DNA of 64,000 nt, taken from positions 1,803 through 65,802 of the forward strand of contig DASVFS010000233.1 in the NCBI GenBank assembly GCA_036379915.1. Reading direction: 5' to 3'. The stretch is from Conexibacter sp. GTDB taxonomy: Bacteria; Actinomycetota; Thermoleophilia; Solirubrobacterales; Solirubrobacteraceae. The notes under the pieces were generated by a model. The model was not told where the DNA came from. It was given only the letters and a program-made list of their open reading frames with translations, and made no database searches. This document shows, one piece after another, positions 62,373 through 64,000 of this stretch. The number at the start of each line of letters is the position of its first letter. The stretch's first letter is position 1. The position numbers and the translations under genes are program-made.

Positions 62373-63857
62373 ATGGCCGTCCGCATCCGAACGCTCCGGC
62401 GGCGCTTCCTCCACGGCGGACAGGCCGGCGACGCGGGCGAGGCGGGCGGGCGGCACATCGCCTCGAACATCGGCACGCAGCTCGTGCTGCGCTTGATCTC
62501 GATGGCGGTCAGCGTGCTCACCGTCTCGCTGACGGCGCGCACGCTCGACCCCGACGGCTTCGGCGTGTGGACCGGCGTGAGCGCCTTCGTGGGGCTCTGG
62601 GGCGTGCTGACCGACCTCGGCCTCACGACCGTCGCGATGCAGAAGATGTCGGCCGAGCCCGAGCGGGAGGGGGAGTGGCTCGGCGCGCTCGCCGGCATGC
62701 GCCTGCTGCTCGCGGCGGTCGCGGCGACGCTGTGCGCGATCACCGTCCCGCTGGTGCTCGACACCGGCCACGCGGTCGGGTGGATCCTCACGCTGACGAT
62801 CTTCTCCAGCGGCGGCAGCGCGCTGATGTCGGTCTTCAACTCGCGCCTGCGCGCCGGGCTCGCGCTCTCGTTCGGCGTCGTCCAGAGCTTCCTGTGGCTC
62901 GGCGTGACCGTCGTCTTCTACATGACCGGCGCGTCGGTCGTGGCGTTCGCGATCGCTTACGTCTGCGTGCTGGCGGTCATCTGCACGCTGCAGGTGCGCG
63001 CGACGTACCGCTACGCGCACATCGCCTGGCGCGCCGGCCGCGCGCTGTGGAGGCCGCTGATGCGCGTCGCCGTCCCGCTCGGGATCGCGAGCGTCCTGAT
63101 CACGGTCTACTACCAGATCGACTCGGTCCTGCTGCTGCAGCTGTCGACCGAGCACGAGACCGGCGTCTACGGCGCCGCCTACCGCTTCCTCGCGCCGCTG
63201 CTGTTCCTGCCGGCGGCGGTGATGTCGTCGTTCTTCCCGGTCTTGTCGGCCGTCAACGAGCACGACCCGGCGCGCGTGCGCCGGCTCGTGCAGCGCGCGG
63301 CCGAGCTGATGGCCGTCATCTCGCTGCCGATCCTGGCGGGCACGATCGCGCTGTCGGACCAGATCGTGCACGCGCTCTACGGCGCGGAGTTCGCGCGCGC
63401 GGGCGAGGTGCTGCCGATCCTGATGATCGCGTTCGTCTCGATCTGCTTCGGCTCGCTCGCCGGCTTCCTCGCGCCGCTGCTGAACCTGCACTGGCGGCTC
63501 GCGCTCTACTCGGGCCTCGGCGCAGCCGCCAACATCGGCCTCAACGTGTGGCTGATCCCGCGCTACGGAGCGATCGGCTCGGCGTGGGCGACGGTCGCGA
63601 CCGAGCTGCTGACGATGACGCTGATGCTGGGCACGGCGCTCTACGCGCTGCGGCTGCGCGTGCGGCCGTGGCGGCTGCTGGGGACGCTCGCGGTCGCCGC
63701 CGCGACGGCCGGCGTGATGGAGCTGACGGCGCCGCTCGGGCTGATCCCGGCCGCGCTGATCGGCGGCCTGACCTACGTCGGCGGCCTGTTCGCGCTGCGC
63801 GTGATCGACGTCGACGAGCTGCGCGCCCTGCGCGCGCAGCGCGGCGCGGCGGCATAG
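62373..63857 (+). CDS. Wzx-type polysaccharide flippase
   Basis: 12-14 TMs, TDLGL, YYQIDSVLL, GVYGAAYR, NVWLIPRYGAIGSAWAT. Confidence 0.92.
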   Translation: MAVRIRTLRRRFLHGGQAGDAGEAGGRHIASNIGTQLVLRLISMAVSVLTVSLTARTLDPDGFGVWTGVSAFVGLWGVLTDLGLTTVAMQKMSAEPEREGEWLGALAGMRLLLAAVAATLCAITVPLVLDTGHAVGWILTLTIFSSGGSALMSVFNSRLRAGLALSFGVVQSFLWLGVTVVFYMTGASVVAFAIAYVCVLAVICTLQVRATYRYAHIAWRAGRALWRPLMRVAVPLGIASVLITVYYQIDSVLLLQLSTEHETGVYGAAYRFLAPLLFLPAAVMSSFFPVLSAVNEHDPARVRRLVQRAAELMAVISLPILAGTIALSDQIVHALYGAEFARAGEVLPILMIAFVSICFGSLAGFLAPLLNLHWRLALYSGLGAAANIGLNVWLIPRYGAIGSAWATVATELLTMTLMLGTALYALRLRVRPWRLLGTLAVAAATAGVMELTAPLGLIPAALIGGLTYVGGLFALRVIDVDELRALRAQRGAAA

Positions 63858-63866
63858 CGCGTCGGC

Positions 63867-64000
63867 TCAGGCGGTCGCGGCCGACCGGAACGGGTCGGGC
63901 CGCATCCACCACTCGCCGTCGAGGCGCGTCAACAGCGCGCGACCGCCGTGCACCGCCGCCAGCAGCTGCGGGTCGCGCGCGTGCAGGAACGCCCAGTCGA
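63867..64000 (-). CDS. 3' end of an unidentified CDS
   Basis: Open frame ...DWAFLHARDPQLLAAVHGGRALLTRLDGEWWMRPDPFRSAATA* ending at TGA 63867. Confidence 0.5.
   Translation of the reverse strand, partial: DWAFLHARDPQLLAAVHGGRALLTRLDGEWWMRPDPFRSAATA

Overview
High-GC chromosomal segment. Gene content and style suggest Thermoleophilia (Solirubrobacterales/Conexibacter-like); this is an inference. It holds a conserved housekeeping backbone (ftsB-like, eno, mazG, prsA, mfd, pth, rplY, prs, glmU, tRNA-Gln ... ispE, rsmA, tatD, metG, rsmI, ROK kinase, LCP, glyQS, lon, hsp20, mdh, icd). The backbone is interrupted at tRNA-Gln by a 1.6-kb integrase-less islet (NDT/TIR-like+wHTH protein and a RelBE-type TA pair, bounded by a 31-bp tRNA repeat), a deletion scar, and a 10-kb FadR-regulated sugar uptake/catabolism cluster. 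The window ends in a surface-polysaccharide locus. The most unusual signal is codon-level: the normally rare codon AGA sits repeatedly at positions where homologues carry Lys (IDH, MDH, Mfd, Lon, Pth) and makes up 23 of 34 Arg codons in the mature exported PrsA, while catalytic lysines remain AAG. This points to possible AGA recoding or a directed Lys-to-Arg(AGA) conversion. Also notable is an unannotated 184-nt structured RNA candidate (6S-like) at 53906-54089. All calls come from reading the sequence and remembered family motifs; no searches were run.
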